This document shows, one piece after another, positions 20,590 to 30,556 of a stretch of DNA of 64,000 nt. Numbering within the stretch: position 1 is the stretch's first letter; each line of letters starts with the position of its first letter. The DNA comes from Arenicellales bacterium (GTDB lineage: Bacteria; Pseudomonadota; Gammaproteobacteria; Arenicellales; Poriferihabitantaceae): NCBI GenBank assembly GCA_965116595.1, contig OZ220708.1:1590875-1654874 (forward strand), read 5' to 3'. Position numbers and translations under genes: made by a program. The notes under the pieces were generated by a model. The model did no database searches and had not been told where the DNA came from. It worked only from the letters and a program-made list of their open reading frames with translations.

Positions 20590-21033
20590 TTACCCATTCA
20601 GGTGGTTCTTTCGCCTGTTGAATAGCCCCCATAATTTACCAACCAGTCTGGGAACGCCGACCAGAAGCAGAAAGGGAAGCAGGCCGTATAGTATTACGCC
20701 GAACGGCCCGAACAAACCGCCCATCAAGCCTGCCAGGACCGCGAGCGGTGTGGCCAGGATAGCCGCAATCAGTAACAGAGTGCGAAGGCCGGATGTCGTA
20801 CCCCGAAACAGGAGTTGGAGCAGCAGCCCGATCAATACGCCGGTGACAAAGAACAGACCCAGTCCGATCCACATCTGGTCATTAGAAAGCCCGGAAAGGA
20901 AGGAGTTACCGCCAAATCGGTACAGGACAATCAGAATTTGCAGGGCACACATTGCCAAGCCGCAAATGATCGGGAAAAACCGACAGCTCCACCGGGAAAT
21001 ATTTGTGGTCGCCGTCATGTTTAGAGGCGGCAA
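20590..21033 (-). CDS. Hypothetical multi-TM membrane protein
   Basis: About four hydrophobic segments; abuts cyoE stop; ATG at 21018 is a likely start. Confidence 0.7.
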   Translation of the reverse strand: MPPLNMTATTNISRWSCRFFPIICGLAMCALQILIVLYRFGGNSFLSGLSNDQMWIGLGLFFVTGVLIGLLLQLLFRGTTSGLRTLLLIAAILATPLAVLAGLMGGLFGPFGVILYGLLPFLLLVGVPRLVGKLWGLFNRRKNHLNG

Positions 21034-21951
21034 TCAGGCATCCAGGATAAAGGCGCGGATAAAGATTCGCGCGTAATGATCAATCAGCAGGAACGCGAAC
21101 AGGGCGCTTAAATAAAAGATCGAATAGCCAAAGGTTTTCATCGCATACTGATCGCCCGGCGAACGATAGAGCCGGACCGAATAAAACACGAAGCCGGCGC
21201 CGAGAGCCAGGGCGCCGGCCAGATAGATCGTACCGCTCATCAGGGTGACGAACGGCATGATCGTTACCACCACCAGCAAAATGGTATACAGCAGGATATG
21301 CAGCTTGGTATAGGCAATGCCATGGGTGACCGGCAGCATCGGCACCTGTGCCCGGCTGTAGTCGTCGACACGCTTGATCGCCAACGCCCAGAAATGAGGG
21401 GGTGTCCAGACAAATATAATCAGAAAAAGCAACAGCGCTTCACCATGAAGCTCGCCGGTCACCGAGGTCCAGCCGAGTACCGGCGGCGCCGCTCCGGCCG
21501 CTCCTCCGAGGACAATATTCTGAGGCGTACTGTGTTTCAGGAACATGGAATAAATGACGGCATAACCGATCATGGAGGCAAAGGTCAGAACCGCTGTCAG
21601 CACATTCACGAAAGCCAGCAGAATCACCATGGACAACGTCGCCAGGGCAAGCGAAAATGCCACTGCCTGCTTTCCGCTGACATTTCCCTGAGGCAGGGGT
21701 CTTGCCCGGGTGCGTTCCATGCGGGCATCAATTTCCTCATCCACCCAGTGGTTGAGGGCGGCGCCAGCGCAGGCAGCCAGCCCGATTCCGATCAATCCAA
21801 AGAACCAGGCATCAAAAGGCACCAGCCCATCGGTCGAAAGAAACATACCGACCAGCGCCGTGAACAGGATCAGCAACACGACTTTGGGTTTGCACAGTTC
21901 CAGATATTCCTTCCAGTCAAAAGGCCGGGGGAGAGTCTGCGTCAGCTTCAT
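21034..21951 (-). CDS. cyoE: Protoheme IX farnesyltransferase (heme O synthase)
   Basis: LCKPKV, DARMERTRARPL, WTPPHFWAL. Confidence 0.96.
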   Translation of the reverse strand: MKLTQTLPRPFDWKEYLELCKPKVVLLILFTALVGMFLSTDGLVPFDAWFFGLIGIGLAACAGAALNHWVDEEIDARMERTRARPLPQGNVSGKQAVAFSLALATLSMVILLAFVNVLTAVLTFASMIGYAVIYSMFLKHSTPQNIVLGGAAGAAPPVLGWTSVTGELHGEALLLFLIIFVWTPPHFWALAIKRVDDYSRAQVPMLPVTHGIAYTKLHILLYTILLVVVTIMPFVTLMSGTIYLAGALALGAGFVFYSVRLYRSPGDQYAMKTFGYSIFYLSALFAFLLIDHYARIFIRAFILDA

Positions 21952-22200
21952 CGTTATCGGGTCGGGCAGAGGGTCAGGTAAGATAGTTGCCGGATTTTAT
22001 CAAAAAAGTGCAGACAATCCGGTTTATTTCGTTGGTCCGTGCTTCAGGGGCGAATATCAGAGACACTCGCCAAGGCGTACTGCGTCTCGTGGACAAGGCC
22101 GGGCCGTGGCAACCAGAGTCGAAAGTATCGGCTGGAACCAGGCCCGTCCGATCAACTCGATATCCCGTTTCGATCCGGATGCGCGGGCGCCGACAGAGAG

Positions 22201-23694
22201 TCAGTCCTTCTTCTGGACTCCCGCGAGAAAGGTTCTGATGACCACGAAGAATGTCAGAGCCATCAGCAACATCGCTACGGGACGTCGAAAGAACATGAAG
22301 GTATCGAACTGGGATATGATCACCACCTGCTGCAATGCTCTCTCCCATTCGGGCACGAGGATAAACCCGATCAGGAACGCCACATAGGAAAAATCGAATT
22401 TGCGCATGAAGTAGCCAATCACCCCGAATACCAGCATCACCATCACATCGAACATCGAGGATTGCCCGAGATAGGCACCCATGATGCAGGTGAACATCAC
22501 CAGTGGATACAATATAACCGCGGGAATCTGGACTGCCTTGCAGAACAGCTTCAGGCCGAATCTGCCGATAATGAGCAGGAAGAAACTCGCAACCACGAGG
22601 CTGCCGAAAACGCCATACATCAGTTGCGAGTTTTCCTCGAACAGGAGCGGCCCAGGCATCATGCCATGGATCATGAAGGCGCCCATCAACATCGCCACTG
22701 CGAGATTACCGGGAATGCCGAGCACAAATAATGGAATCAGACTGGCGCCCACCACAGCGCTGTTGGCAGCTTCCGACGCGGCGATACCCTCCAGGCGCCC
22801 CTTGCCGAATTCTTCCGGCTTTTTTGATCGTTTAAGCGCCTGATCGTACGAAAGGAATGAAGCCACGGGAGCGCCCAGGCCGGGCATGGCGCCTACCCCG
22901 ATGCCGATAGCGCTTGCACGCAGCAACGTTTTCGTGTTCGCGAAGAATTCCTTCAGTGAAATGAATTTGTCTTCCGGTTTGTCAGAAAACCTTCGGGCGG
23001 CCTCATTGTCGCCGACGCCGGATTTGATCCGTTCGAGTTGAATCAAGATCTCCGAGAATGCCAACAGGCCAATCGCAACCGGAATCAATGACAGCCCGCT
23101 TTCGAGCTGGTAAATATCGAACGTCAGACGCGGCAACGCGGTTACAGGCTCGGTTCCGATCATACCTGCAAGGAGGCCCGCCGCCGCGGCCACGAGTCCG
23201 CGTGATATCGATTTGGTGCCAATTCCCGCGATCACCGTCAACGCCAGTGAAATCAAAGCGAACATTTCCGGTGGCCCCATATACAACGCCACCGTGGCCA
23301 GCGGGGCCGCGATCAACACCAGCACCGCGGTGGCAATGAAATCGCCGGACACGGAACTGTATAGCGCCATTCTGAGCGCTTTTTCTCCCTTGCCCTGCTC
23401 TGTCAGGGGATATCCGTCCCAGGTCGTCGCCGCCGCTTCGGGCGTACCCGGCGTTCTCAGTAGAACCGCCGATATGGCACCGCCAAAAAATGCGCCCTTG
23501 TTTAGCCCCACCAGGAATCCAATGGCCGCAAGGGGAGACATGTAATACGTCAGCGGGATGAACAGGGCAATGGCCATGGGACCATTGATACCCGGGATCG
23601 CACCGATCGCCACGCCGACCGCCACACCCACGAACACGTATATGAGGCTCACGGGAGACAGTGAGTCCATCAGGCCGGCAAGTATCATTTCCAT
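22201..23694 (-). CDS. tctA: Tripartite tricarboxylate transporter permease TctA
   Basis: GAIPGI, LRTPGTPEAAATTWDGYP, EAANSA, LGIPG. Confidence 0.92.
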   Translation of the reverse strand: MEMILAGLMDSLSPVSLIYVFVGVAVGVAIGAIPGINGPMAIALFIPLTYYMSPLAAIGFLVGLNKGAFFGGAISAVLLRTPGTPEAAATTWDGYPLTEQGKGEKALRMALYSSVSGDFIATAVLVLIAAPLATVALYMGPPEMFALISLALTVIAGIGTKSISRGLVAAAAGLLAGMIGTEPVTALPRLTFDIYQLESGLSLIPVAIGLLAFSEILIQLERIKSGVGDNEAARRFSDKPEDKFISLKEFFANTKTLLRASAIGIGVGAMPGLGAPVASFLSYDQALKRSKKPEEFGKGRLEGIAASEAANSAVVGASLIPLFVLGIPGNLAVAMLMGAFMIHGMMPGPLLFEENSQLMYGVFGSLVVASFFLLIIGRFGLKLFCKAVQIPAVILYPLVMFTCIMGAYLGQSSMFDVMVMLVFGVIGYFMRKFDFSYVAFLIGFILVPEWERALQQVVIISQFDTFMFFRRPVAMLLMALTFFVVIRTFLAGVQKKD

Positions 23695-23723
23695 GACGAG
23701 TCCTTACAGAGCGTGAAACTCCA

Positions 23724-24227
23724 TCAGTAGCCCGGGATCGGAACACCGAACCCGTAACGCATGGCTGCGTACATGAAGGCTACCGCCACTACGGACAGGG
23801 CCAGAATCCTGGCCGGGTTTCGGGAACCCACAAGAAACTGGAGCAACAACATGAAGCCCAGTGCTGAGGGGATATAACCGACGGTATGAATACCGACCAC
23901 GAACAGTGCTGCCGGACCGATGAACCTGATCAGGTGAAGAATATCCAGACGGCCTGCCTGGGTGAATCCGGCGCCGCCTTCCTCTTCGGGATATACGCTG
24001 TCTTCCGTAAGCAGTCTGGTTCCCTTCCTGCCGGCCACCAGCGTTCGCACGATTGCCAGTATGGCCATAATCAGCATGATGGCGGCCGCGACATTGGGAA
24101 CCAGCGCCGGTGAGGCGCCGTATCCCGGCCAGGGCGGTGTATACGCTGGAATTACCCAGACAAGAAGAAACACGCTGGCCAGTACGATCAGCGCATAGGC
24201 CAGCGTATCTCGTTGTATCCTCGTCAA
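23724..24227 (-). CDS. tctB: TctB-family small membrane subunit
   Basis: Four TM helices, ends FGVPIP; lies between tctC and tctA. Confidence 0.8.
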   Translation of the reverse strand: MTRIQRDTLAYALIVLASVFLLVWVIPAYTPPWPGYGASPALVPNVAAAIMLIMAILAIVRTLVAGRKGTRLLTEDSVYPEEEGGAGFTQAGRLDILHLIRFIGPAALFVVGIHTVGYIPSALGFMLLLQFLVGSRNPARILALSVVAVAFMYAAMRYGFGVPIPGY

Positions 24228-24276
24228 GGCTGCTACCTTCCTGATTTATCAGACTTGTATGGTAGCAGATTCCGGC

Positions 24277-25236
24277 TTACTGGTTTTTGGCCTGTTCTCC
24301 AAACAGATCATAAAGCTCCTTGAGGGATTTCTCAGCGTGATCCCTGCCCCAGGTCACCGGGATCATCAGGAGTTTCTCTGCAATAAAGGATTCCGTATCC
24401 GCATCGACAGCCAGCTTGTCCGCCGCTGCGGTAATCTTCGCCGCGACATCATCCGGCAACCCCTTGGGCGCGACCAGCCCGACAATCATTTCCACGGCTT
24501 CATCATAGCCCTGCTCTTTCAATGTCGGCACGTCCGGCAGCGGCGGCAGGCGCTCGTTGAGTGCGGACGCCAACAGCTTCAACCGGCCCGCCCTGACATG
24601 TTCGTAGAGAATGGCCCCCACGTATCCTATGTCCGCATGACCTCCGGTTACGGCCTTGATGACGGAAGGGCCGCCTTTGCTGGGAATCAGCGAAATGTTG
24701 ACATCTTCCGCCTTGGCGATACGCTGGATGGCATCCCGGTCGTCTGCACCGTGAAACATACAGACCAGCGCTTTTTCGTTGGACTTGGCCCACTCGAACG
24801 CCTCTTTCAGAGTGTTCCATGGCCGGTCCGGTTTGGAAATGAAACCGCTGGAATTCAGCGCAACCAAAGACAGGTAGTCGAAATCGTCAAAGCCGTATTT
24901 GACCGGAGAGTGGTGCGGTTGGTAGGTGTATGCGGTAACCGCTGCGATGCCCAGTGTATATCCGTCCGGTTTGGTTTTGCTGAGTTCGGTTGCCATCACG
25001 CTGCCATGAGAACCACCGGTGACGTTTTTCACATTCACGGGTTGCCCGAACTCCTTACTGAATCTTTCCGCAAGACCTCTTGCGAGGCGGTCAATCTGGG
25101 CGCCTGGCTGGACCATGGTCATCATTGTGATCGGCCTTTCCGGATACTCCGCCATGGCGGTCGGGATGGTCAGTATCAAGGCAAGGGAGACGCCGATACT
25201 TTTGAACAGTGTTTTAAGCATGATTTTCTCCTTCAT
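24277..25236 (-). CDS. tctC: TctC/Bug-family substrate-binding protein
   Basis: Signal peptide, YPERPI, V.N..GG..G, KPDGYTL, LPDVPTLKEQG. Confidence 0.9.
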   Translation of the reverse strand: MKEKIMLKTLFKSIGVSLALILTIPTAMAEYPERPITMMTMVQPGAQIDRLARGLAERFSKEFGQPVNVKNVTGGSHGSVMATELSKTKPDGYTLGIAAVTAYTYQPHHSPVKYGFDDFDYLSLVALNSSGFISKPDRPWNTLKEAFEWAKSNEKALVCMFHGADDRDAIQRIAKAEDVNISLIPSKGGPSVIKAVTGGHADIGYVGAILYEHVRAGRLKLLASALNERLPPLPDVPTLKEQGYDEAVEMIVGLVAPKGLPDDVAAKITAAADKLAVDADTESFIAEKLLMIPVTWGRDHAEKSLKELYDLFGEQAKNQ

Positions 25237-25393
25237 GGTATGAGTGTGTGGTACTGGGGTTACAAACGCCTGCAAGGGCAGGATTTATGCCGGATTGTGA
25301 AAAATCTTATACCCGTATAGGAGTTGTTTATGTCGTATGGACGACAAATCTATCAAAGCAAACACTTTGGTGTAACCCGGTATCAACCGGCAT

Positions 25394-26119
25394 TCAGGTC
25401 GGGGATTCAGCGAGATCGATACTTAGTTTCGCCAGCGTCTGTGCGGCAATCTGTGAAGACTCGGCTTCCATGTAGAGCATCCGGCGATCCGAACGCAAGC
25501 CGTGTGTCCGTTTCAGGACGCCCAGGGTGGAGGTTACCGTCTGGCGGCAACAGCCGATCATGTCCGCCATTTCCTGGTGCGTAAGCGGTATGTCGATATA
25601 AATCCTCCCGTCGCGACTACGGCCATAACGCTGAAAAAGTCGGGCCAACAGTTTGACCAGCCGCGCGGTGACATCGTTTGAGGTGAGGTTGAGCAACATG
25701 TCGCCCAGAATCCGCAGTCTTTCGGAGAGGATATCGATTACCCGCATCGCCATTGCCGGGTCGTCCATCAGGTATTGCCGGAAGCGCTTGCGATTCAACT
25801 TGATCAGATTGACCGTGCTGCAGGCTTGTGCGTAGACATCCCTGTGCGTCCCGCGCCACACCTCCGCCAATCCGAACAGTTCTCCGGAAAAACAGAACCA
25901 CATGATGACTTCTTTGCCCTGTGGAGAAAGTTCGTAGATCTTGGCCTGACCGTTCAAAATGATGTAAACATATTCGCTGGGCTCGCCGGCGTGAAAAATC
26001 AGGGAATTTTTTTCCACCCGCGCTACCGTGCCGATTCTGAGCAAATGTTCCCGGTCAGTTGGCGAGAGATTTTGCAGCAGATTAGTGGATGGTAGCGAGT
26101 ATGGTTCCTGGGCAGCCAT
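25394..26119 (-). CDS. Crp/Fnr-family transcriptional regulator
   Basis: cNMP domain (GELFGLAE, R..YAQA) and HTH LTHQEMADMIGCCRQTV; no N-terminal Fnr Cys cluster. Confidence 0.92.
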   Translation of the reverse strand: MAAQEPYSLPSTNLLQNLSPTDREHLLRIGTVARVEKNSLIFHAGEPSEYVYIILNGQAKIYELSPQGKEVIMWFCFSGELFGLAEVWRGTHRDVYAQACSTVNLIKLNRKRFRQYLMDDPAMAMRVIDILSERLRILGDMLLNLTSNDVTARLVKLLARLFQRYGRSRDGRIYIDIPLTHQEMADMIGCCRQTVTSTLGVLKRTHGLRSDRRMLYMEAESSQIAAQTLAKLSIDLAESPT

Positions 26120-26190
26120 CAGTCAAATTGGCATAAGGGAGTAATTTGTGGACTTTGCGCTATAATGCCTGAACTGTTCTATATTGTGGA

Positions 26191-27075
26191 GTGTCCATGC
26201 AACTGGAATGGCCCAGGGAAAATGCCGTTGATCCCGCTTTGCCGCAGAATCGCTGGTTCCACGCATCCAGCAACTATTGTCTGGATTTTCACGGTGATCC
26301 GGCTGCTTCGGAGTTGCGGGTGTTTTCCGATGGCAACCACCATATGGCGCTTGAACAAACACTGGAGTCCTTTCGTTTGAACCACGCTCTGTCGTCCATT
26401 TTCTACTGCACGACACCTCCGCAGGTATATCTGGACTGGATGCAAGCGGGTTGCATCGAGATCGGCAACCTCCACCTGGGCGTGACGCCCGATATCGTCA
26501 TCAGTCCCGACGACATCATGGAAAAACTGGTATCCGGGGGAACGGTTTGCCGCTCCGCGATATTCGCGCAAAGCTGCGGAAACAGCTTCCTGGTTCGGAA
26601 GAACAACCCCGGGAACATCCGGGATGTCAGGGACCTCGTCCGTCCGGATGTTCGGCTTTTCATTTCAAACCCCGGGACGGAAAGGGCCAGTCACCTGGTT
26701 TACCGGCAGACCCTGGAAGGGCTGGCAGCCGCGGCCGGCCTCGCCGAAAATTCCATCAGGGATCTCCTGGCCTCCGGGGACAGGGTGCTTTTCGGTGAGC
26801 TGATTCACCACCGCGAAGCGCCTCAGGCCATCGCCGATGGCCGCGCGGATGTCGCTGTGGTATATCGGCATCTCGCGCTGCGGTACACGCGCGTCTTCCC
26901 GGAAATCTTCGACCACATTCCACTTCCGGAGAGCGAGCACAACGTCACCACGCGTTATGCTGTCGGACTGGTCGATGAAAACCAAACAAGGGCCGGTGAG
27001 TTGTTCCGGTATTTTCTGGGCGACGCGGCGGCGGCCATCTACCGTTATCACGGTTTGCGGCCGATCAGTGGATAG
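26191..27075 (+). CDS. ModA-like type-2 periplasmic-binding-fold protein lacking a signal peptide
   Basis: LVRKNNPGNIRDVRDLVRPDVRLFISNP, HHREAPQAIADGRADVAV; no hydrophobic N-terminus. Confidence 0.7.
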   Translation: MSMQLEWPRENAVDPALPQNRWFHASSNYCLDFHGDPAASELRVFSDGNHHMALEQTLESFRLNHALSSIFYCTTPPQVYLDWMQAGCIEIGNLHLGVTPDIVISPDDIMEKLVSGGTVCRSAIFAQSCGNSFLVRKNNPGNIRDVRDLVRPDVRLFISNPGTERASHLVYRQTLEGLAAAAGLAENSIRDLLASGDRVLFGELIHHREAPQAIADGRADVAVVYRHLALRYTRVFPEIFDHIPLPESEHNVTTRYAVGLVDENQTRAGELFRYFLGDAAAAIYRYHGLRPISG

Positions 27076-27127
27076 TGCATCGTTTTGCCAACTATCCCGG
27101 TGAAGACAGGCCCGCGTGGTTTCCGGG

Positions 27128-27901
27128 CTATGGCCTGCGGGCGGCCAGCAAAGCACGATTGAACCGCTGGTAAAGAATGGCTACCTCGAACCCCGCCGCC
27201 CGCAACCAGTCCTCGTAGTCCGGGAGCGCGGTGACGTGGTCCGTTTTCGCGCTGTACCGGGCATGGTAACGATCGAAATCCGGCACCTCTCCCGCATCGG
27301 CCAGCGCATCACGCATGGCATCCCAGATCACCCGTTGGTCCGGTTCAAAATGCGCGTACTGGTAGGTAAAACGGTCAACGATGTAGAAAACACCGTCAGG
27401 ACGGAGCCGGGCCAGCGCCCATCGGAATATGGCCTGCTTTACCGCATGCGCCGACTCATGCAACGCCTGGATGCAGATAATGGCGTGAAACGTTTTACGG
27501 ATGCCGAGGTTGTCCAGGTCGGCAAAATCCGCACAGCGCAATTGAATCCGGTCGTCCAGACCGAGCTCGGAAAACCGCCGTTTCGCCAACGACAGCATGG
27601 CGGTGGAGGCATCGATGCCAAGCAATGAACGAGTCCCGAAGAATGTCGGATCCCTGCCGTGCAAATAAGCTTCCACCTGTCCGCTGCCAATTCCCAGGTC
27701 CAGAATATGCGCGTCCGACGGACAGTTTCCCCTCAGAAGCCGGGCAACGAGATCGACCTGGTGAAGCCGGTCCGGATTGGTTTCGAGGTTGCCAGCGATG
27801 TCCCACTCGCCAGCAAATTCCGCATCTTCCCAGTTGTCCCGAGTCAATGCCGGATCACTTGAAGGTAATAAACAGGGCAGATGTCCAGACCTTGGCATCA
27901 T
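27128..27901 (-). CDS. Class I SAM-dependent methyltransferase
   Basis: ILDLGIGSG, GIDAS..ML, ICIQALHE; start uncertain (overlaps DUF3604 end). Confidence 0.85.
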   Translation of the reverse strand: MMPRSGHLPCLLPSSDPALTRDNWEDAEFAGEWDIAGNLETNPDRLHQVDLVARLLRGNCPSDAHILDLGIGSGQVEAYLHGRDPTFFGTRSLLGIDASTAMLSLAKRRFSELGLDDRIQLRCADFADLDNLGIRKTFHAIICIQALHESAHAVKQAIFRWALARLRPDGVFYIVDRFTYQYAHFEPDQRVIWDAMRDALADAGEVPDFDRYHARYSAKTDHVTALPDYEDWLRAAGFEVAILYQRFNRALLAARRP

Positions 27902-30242
27902 CCACTTGACGTCCCATCAGGTAGACCGGCCTGAATCCGGCTGGTCCATTGACCGGATCAATGTCAAGCGTGCCGCTGATGTCTCTCGGCATGTCCGCGC
28001 CGCTGATCCGATCCACGGAGACGAATAGCCCGACACCCCCCAGATCCTTGCGAATCGAACCATCGCTGGCCAGTAATTCATCACCCGACAAGGTGAGCTC
28101 GAATTCCGGGCAATGGACAAACGGGCTGCCGTCCAGCGGGTTGCCGACCTTTACGTATCCATCGATGGTACCCCTGATCGTGATAGTGGCATTGGCGAGG
28201 TTGGCGAGATCAATCTCAATGGCGTCGGAATCGCCGTAGGTATCCGAGGTGAAGCTGATGGTGGTCGCGGATTGTCGCCAGCAGGTTTCCTCGTTGTGCT
28301 CGAATCCGAGTCCCCTGAAACGGTTGATCACTCCGTTGCGGATAGTAATGTCGCCATTCCACGCGGCCCAGCGGTAGCGGTCCTGGATCCTGGCTCCGCC
28401 CCAGCTGACACGGATGCGCTGGTCGGAGAACCCCGCTTCCTGTTGCAGGTTGCGCCGCCAGATCGGACCGGTATGATCCACCGCGATAATCTCGTCCCAT
28501 CCGGCGTCGCCGAGAAACCGGTAGGAAATGGTGGCTGGTCCGTTGCTGTTGAATTCATCGCCCTGTATGGCGTCGCCGCATTGCGTAAAGCCGGCGATGC
28601 GCTCCCCGGTGGTGGCAAAGGTATGACGGGCGCGCAACGCGGTGCCCACGGTGGCGCGGTCCAGCGCTGACGCCAGAATTCCCGTTACCCCGCCCTTGGT
28701 GCCGAACACCGCGGTACCGGGTACACCGCCGCCACAACGGCCGCGATGTTCATCCCCGTTGGCGGAAGCGCCAAGCTTGTATCCGCGGCGCATGGTTTCC
28801 TCGTAGAGCCAGGGGAAATGTCCCCACGCGGACTCGATTTCCACCAGACGTTCCAGCGTCGGGTGATGCCAGTCCATGATACATCGGCGTCCGCCTACAT
28901 GGGGCATCAGCAAATGCCCTTCCGGGTCATGGGCATAGGTGGCCCATAACTCTTCCAGAGGCCAGGCGCCCGGTTCAATCGTGTCCGAGCTCATGTCCTC
29001 GTTCCACTCGAAGGAGCGGCAAACATTACCGTCCCTGTCGAACGGAAATTCCGGATCTCCGTCCCGCAGAAAGACCACGTTGTGGTCACCGCCAGCGCAG
29101 GAACTGCCGCACCATTCTGTTCCGGGATAACAGACGAACTCGCCGCTTCGGTTGATCTGGTGGATCAACTCCACTGCCTTGTCCCAGCGCGCCCGGGTGA
29201 CATTGAAGTCATTGGCGGTATAACCCAGCACATCCAGACCCGCGATGTCACGACCGTAGGTCAGATTGTAAGTAGTATCGTTGGTGCCGACGGTGTCATC
29301 GGAATGGACATGAAGATCACCATAAAAAACCCTATCGAACACGAATTCATCGTCCACGGTGATGTAGAACGTCTTCTTCGGCACCCAGGGACAATCGAGG
29401 TGCTGTGCCGTAATTTCCAGTTCACCCGCCTGGTCGGTGGCAACCCCATCCACCAGGGCAACCGCCCAGCCCTGGTCCCTGAGTGCAACGGTTCTGGTAT
29501 CCACTGTCCGTCCGTTTCGGCTGGTCGTCAATTCGATGTTCCCACCGACGTCCCGGCAGGTATTGCCCCAGGCGTCCTCCGCTCGGACACGGAGTGGTAC
29601 CGCTACACCGGTACAGACCATCCGGGACGCGGCCATTACCAATTGCTCCGGACGCCCCGGTGTGATGTCGATGGCAGTATCCGGCATGACCGGGGCACAC
29701 CGGGAGGTCCCCAGCGGATCGCAATAGCAGCGGAACCGAAATCCCTCTTCCACAAAGGTCTGCGCCCGAGTACCGGGGCCGCCGTGACGACGATCTCCCA
29801 TGCGAATGATGATGTGGTCCCCCGGTTTCAGATAACCGTCCACGGTATCCACGATGATGGCCTTTTGAAAGGGCCGCTCGTGTCCTTTCTGGTCGAATCT
29901 TACCTTCAGGGACTGAACGGTGGCCGGACTCTGGCCGGGGGCGCAGGGTCCCGCCTGGTATTCCGCTGATACGTAGTTCGCAGCCCTGGGTTCTGCAGTT
30001 TGAAATAGCGCCCAGTCCGAGTAGAACTTGAAAGTTGCCTTGAACCAGGCGCCGTCCGCCATTCCGGACGCCCCGACCTCGTAGTCCAGGATGATCTCGG
30101 TCCATTCGCCGGCCACCAGCCGGTTGACGTTGCAGGTGACCTTTCCAAGGAACGACATGTCCTTGGTCTTCTGATACAGACCTTCGGGCGCGAAGTAGTC
30201 CCCCAGGCGGTCTTTCAGTTCTTGGTCGGTCATCTTTTTCAT
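27855..30242 (-). CDS. DUF3604-type PHP-fold metallohydrolase
   Basis: FYGDLHVHSDDT, PGTEW, GDHNV, PHVGG, ANGDEHRGRCG. Confidence 0.75.
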   Translation of the reverse strand: MKKMTDQELKDRLGDYFAPEGLYQKTKDMSFLGKVTCNVNRLVAGEWTEIILDYEVGASGMADGAWFKATFKFYSDWALFQTAEPRAANYVSAEYQAGPCAPGQSPATVQSLKVRFDQKGHERPFQKAIIVDTVDGYLKPGDHIIIRMGDRRHGGPGTRAQTFVEEGFRFRCYCDPLGTSRCAPVMPDTAIDITPGRPEQLVMAASRMVCTGVAVPLRVRAEDAWGNTCRDVGGNIELTTSRNGRTVDTRTVALRDQGWAVALVDGVATDQAGELEITAQHLDCPWVPKKTFYITVDDEFVFDRVFYGDLHVHSDDTVGTNDTTYNLTYGRDIAGLDVLGYTANDFNVTRARWDKAVELIHQINRSGEFVCYPGTEWCGSSCAGGDHNVVFLRDGDPEFPFDRDGNVCRSFEWNEDMSSDTIEPGAWPLEELWATYAHDPEGHLLMPHVGGRRCIMDWHHPTLERLVEIESAWGHFPWLYEETMRRGYKLGASANGDEHRGRCGGGVPGTAVFGTKGGVTGILASALDRATVGTALRARHTFATTGERIAGFTQCGDAIQGDEFNSNGPATISYRFLGDAGWDEIIAVDHTGPIWRRNLQQEAGFSDQRIRVSWGGARIQDRYRWAAWNGDITIRNGVINRFRGLGFEHNEETCWRQSATTISFTSDTYGDSDAIEIDLANLANATITIRGTIDGYVKVGNPLDGSPFVHCPEFELTLSGDELLASDGSIRKDLGGVGLFVSVDRISGADMPRDISGTLDIDPVNGPAGFRPVYLMGRQVDDAKVWTSALFITFK

Positions 30243-30556
30243 TATGGCTTTTCCTCAGTAATCAGGTGTTAACTGGATATCAGATTCCGGGCTTCGGCAA
30301 GGTTCGCCCAAGAAAGTCAGATTAAGAATTCCCGCCGGGTAGTTCTGTCGTGTAGCCGACAACTGTTTCCGGTGCAGCGCCGGTTCCAGTCTGGAACCGG
30401 TAAATCTCCGGATCTCGAAAATCAGACAATCGAATGTGCGAAATTTTGAAAATATCGAATACGTCAGTACATTTATGAAAAATTTGCAGTTTATAATTAC
30501 CGCTTTTCCAATTCCTGTTTCCGGAATGCTGGCTGAATTCTTCTCGAGCTGAAAAT

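Noticed and set aside
24259-25320. Long antisense ORFs (also 53284-54333, 29082-29969, 18125-18973, 1028-1933)
   Set aside because: Shadow frames of well-supported genes on the opposite strand, with no motifs of their own
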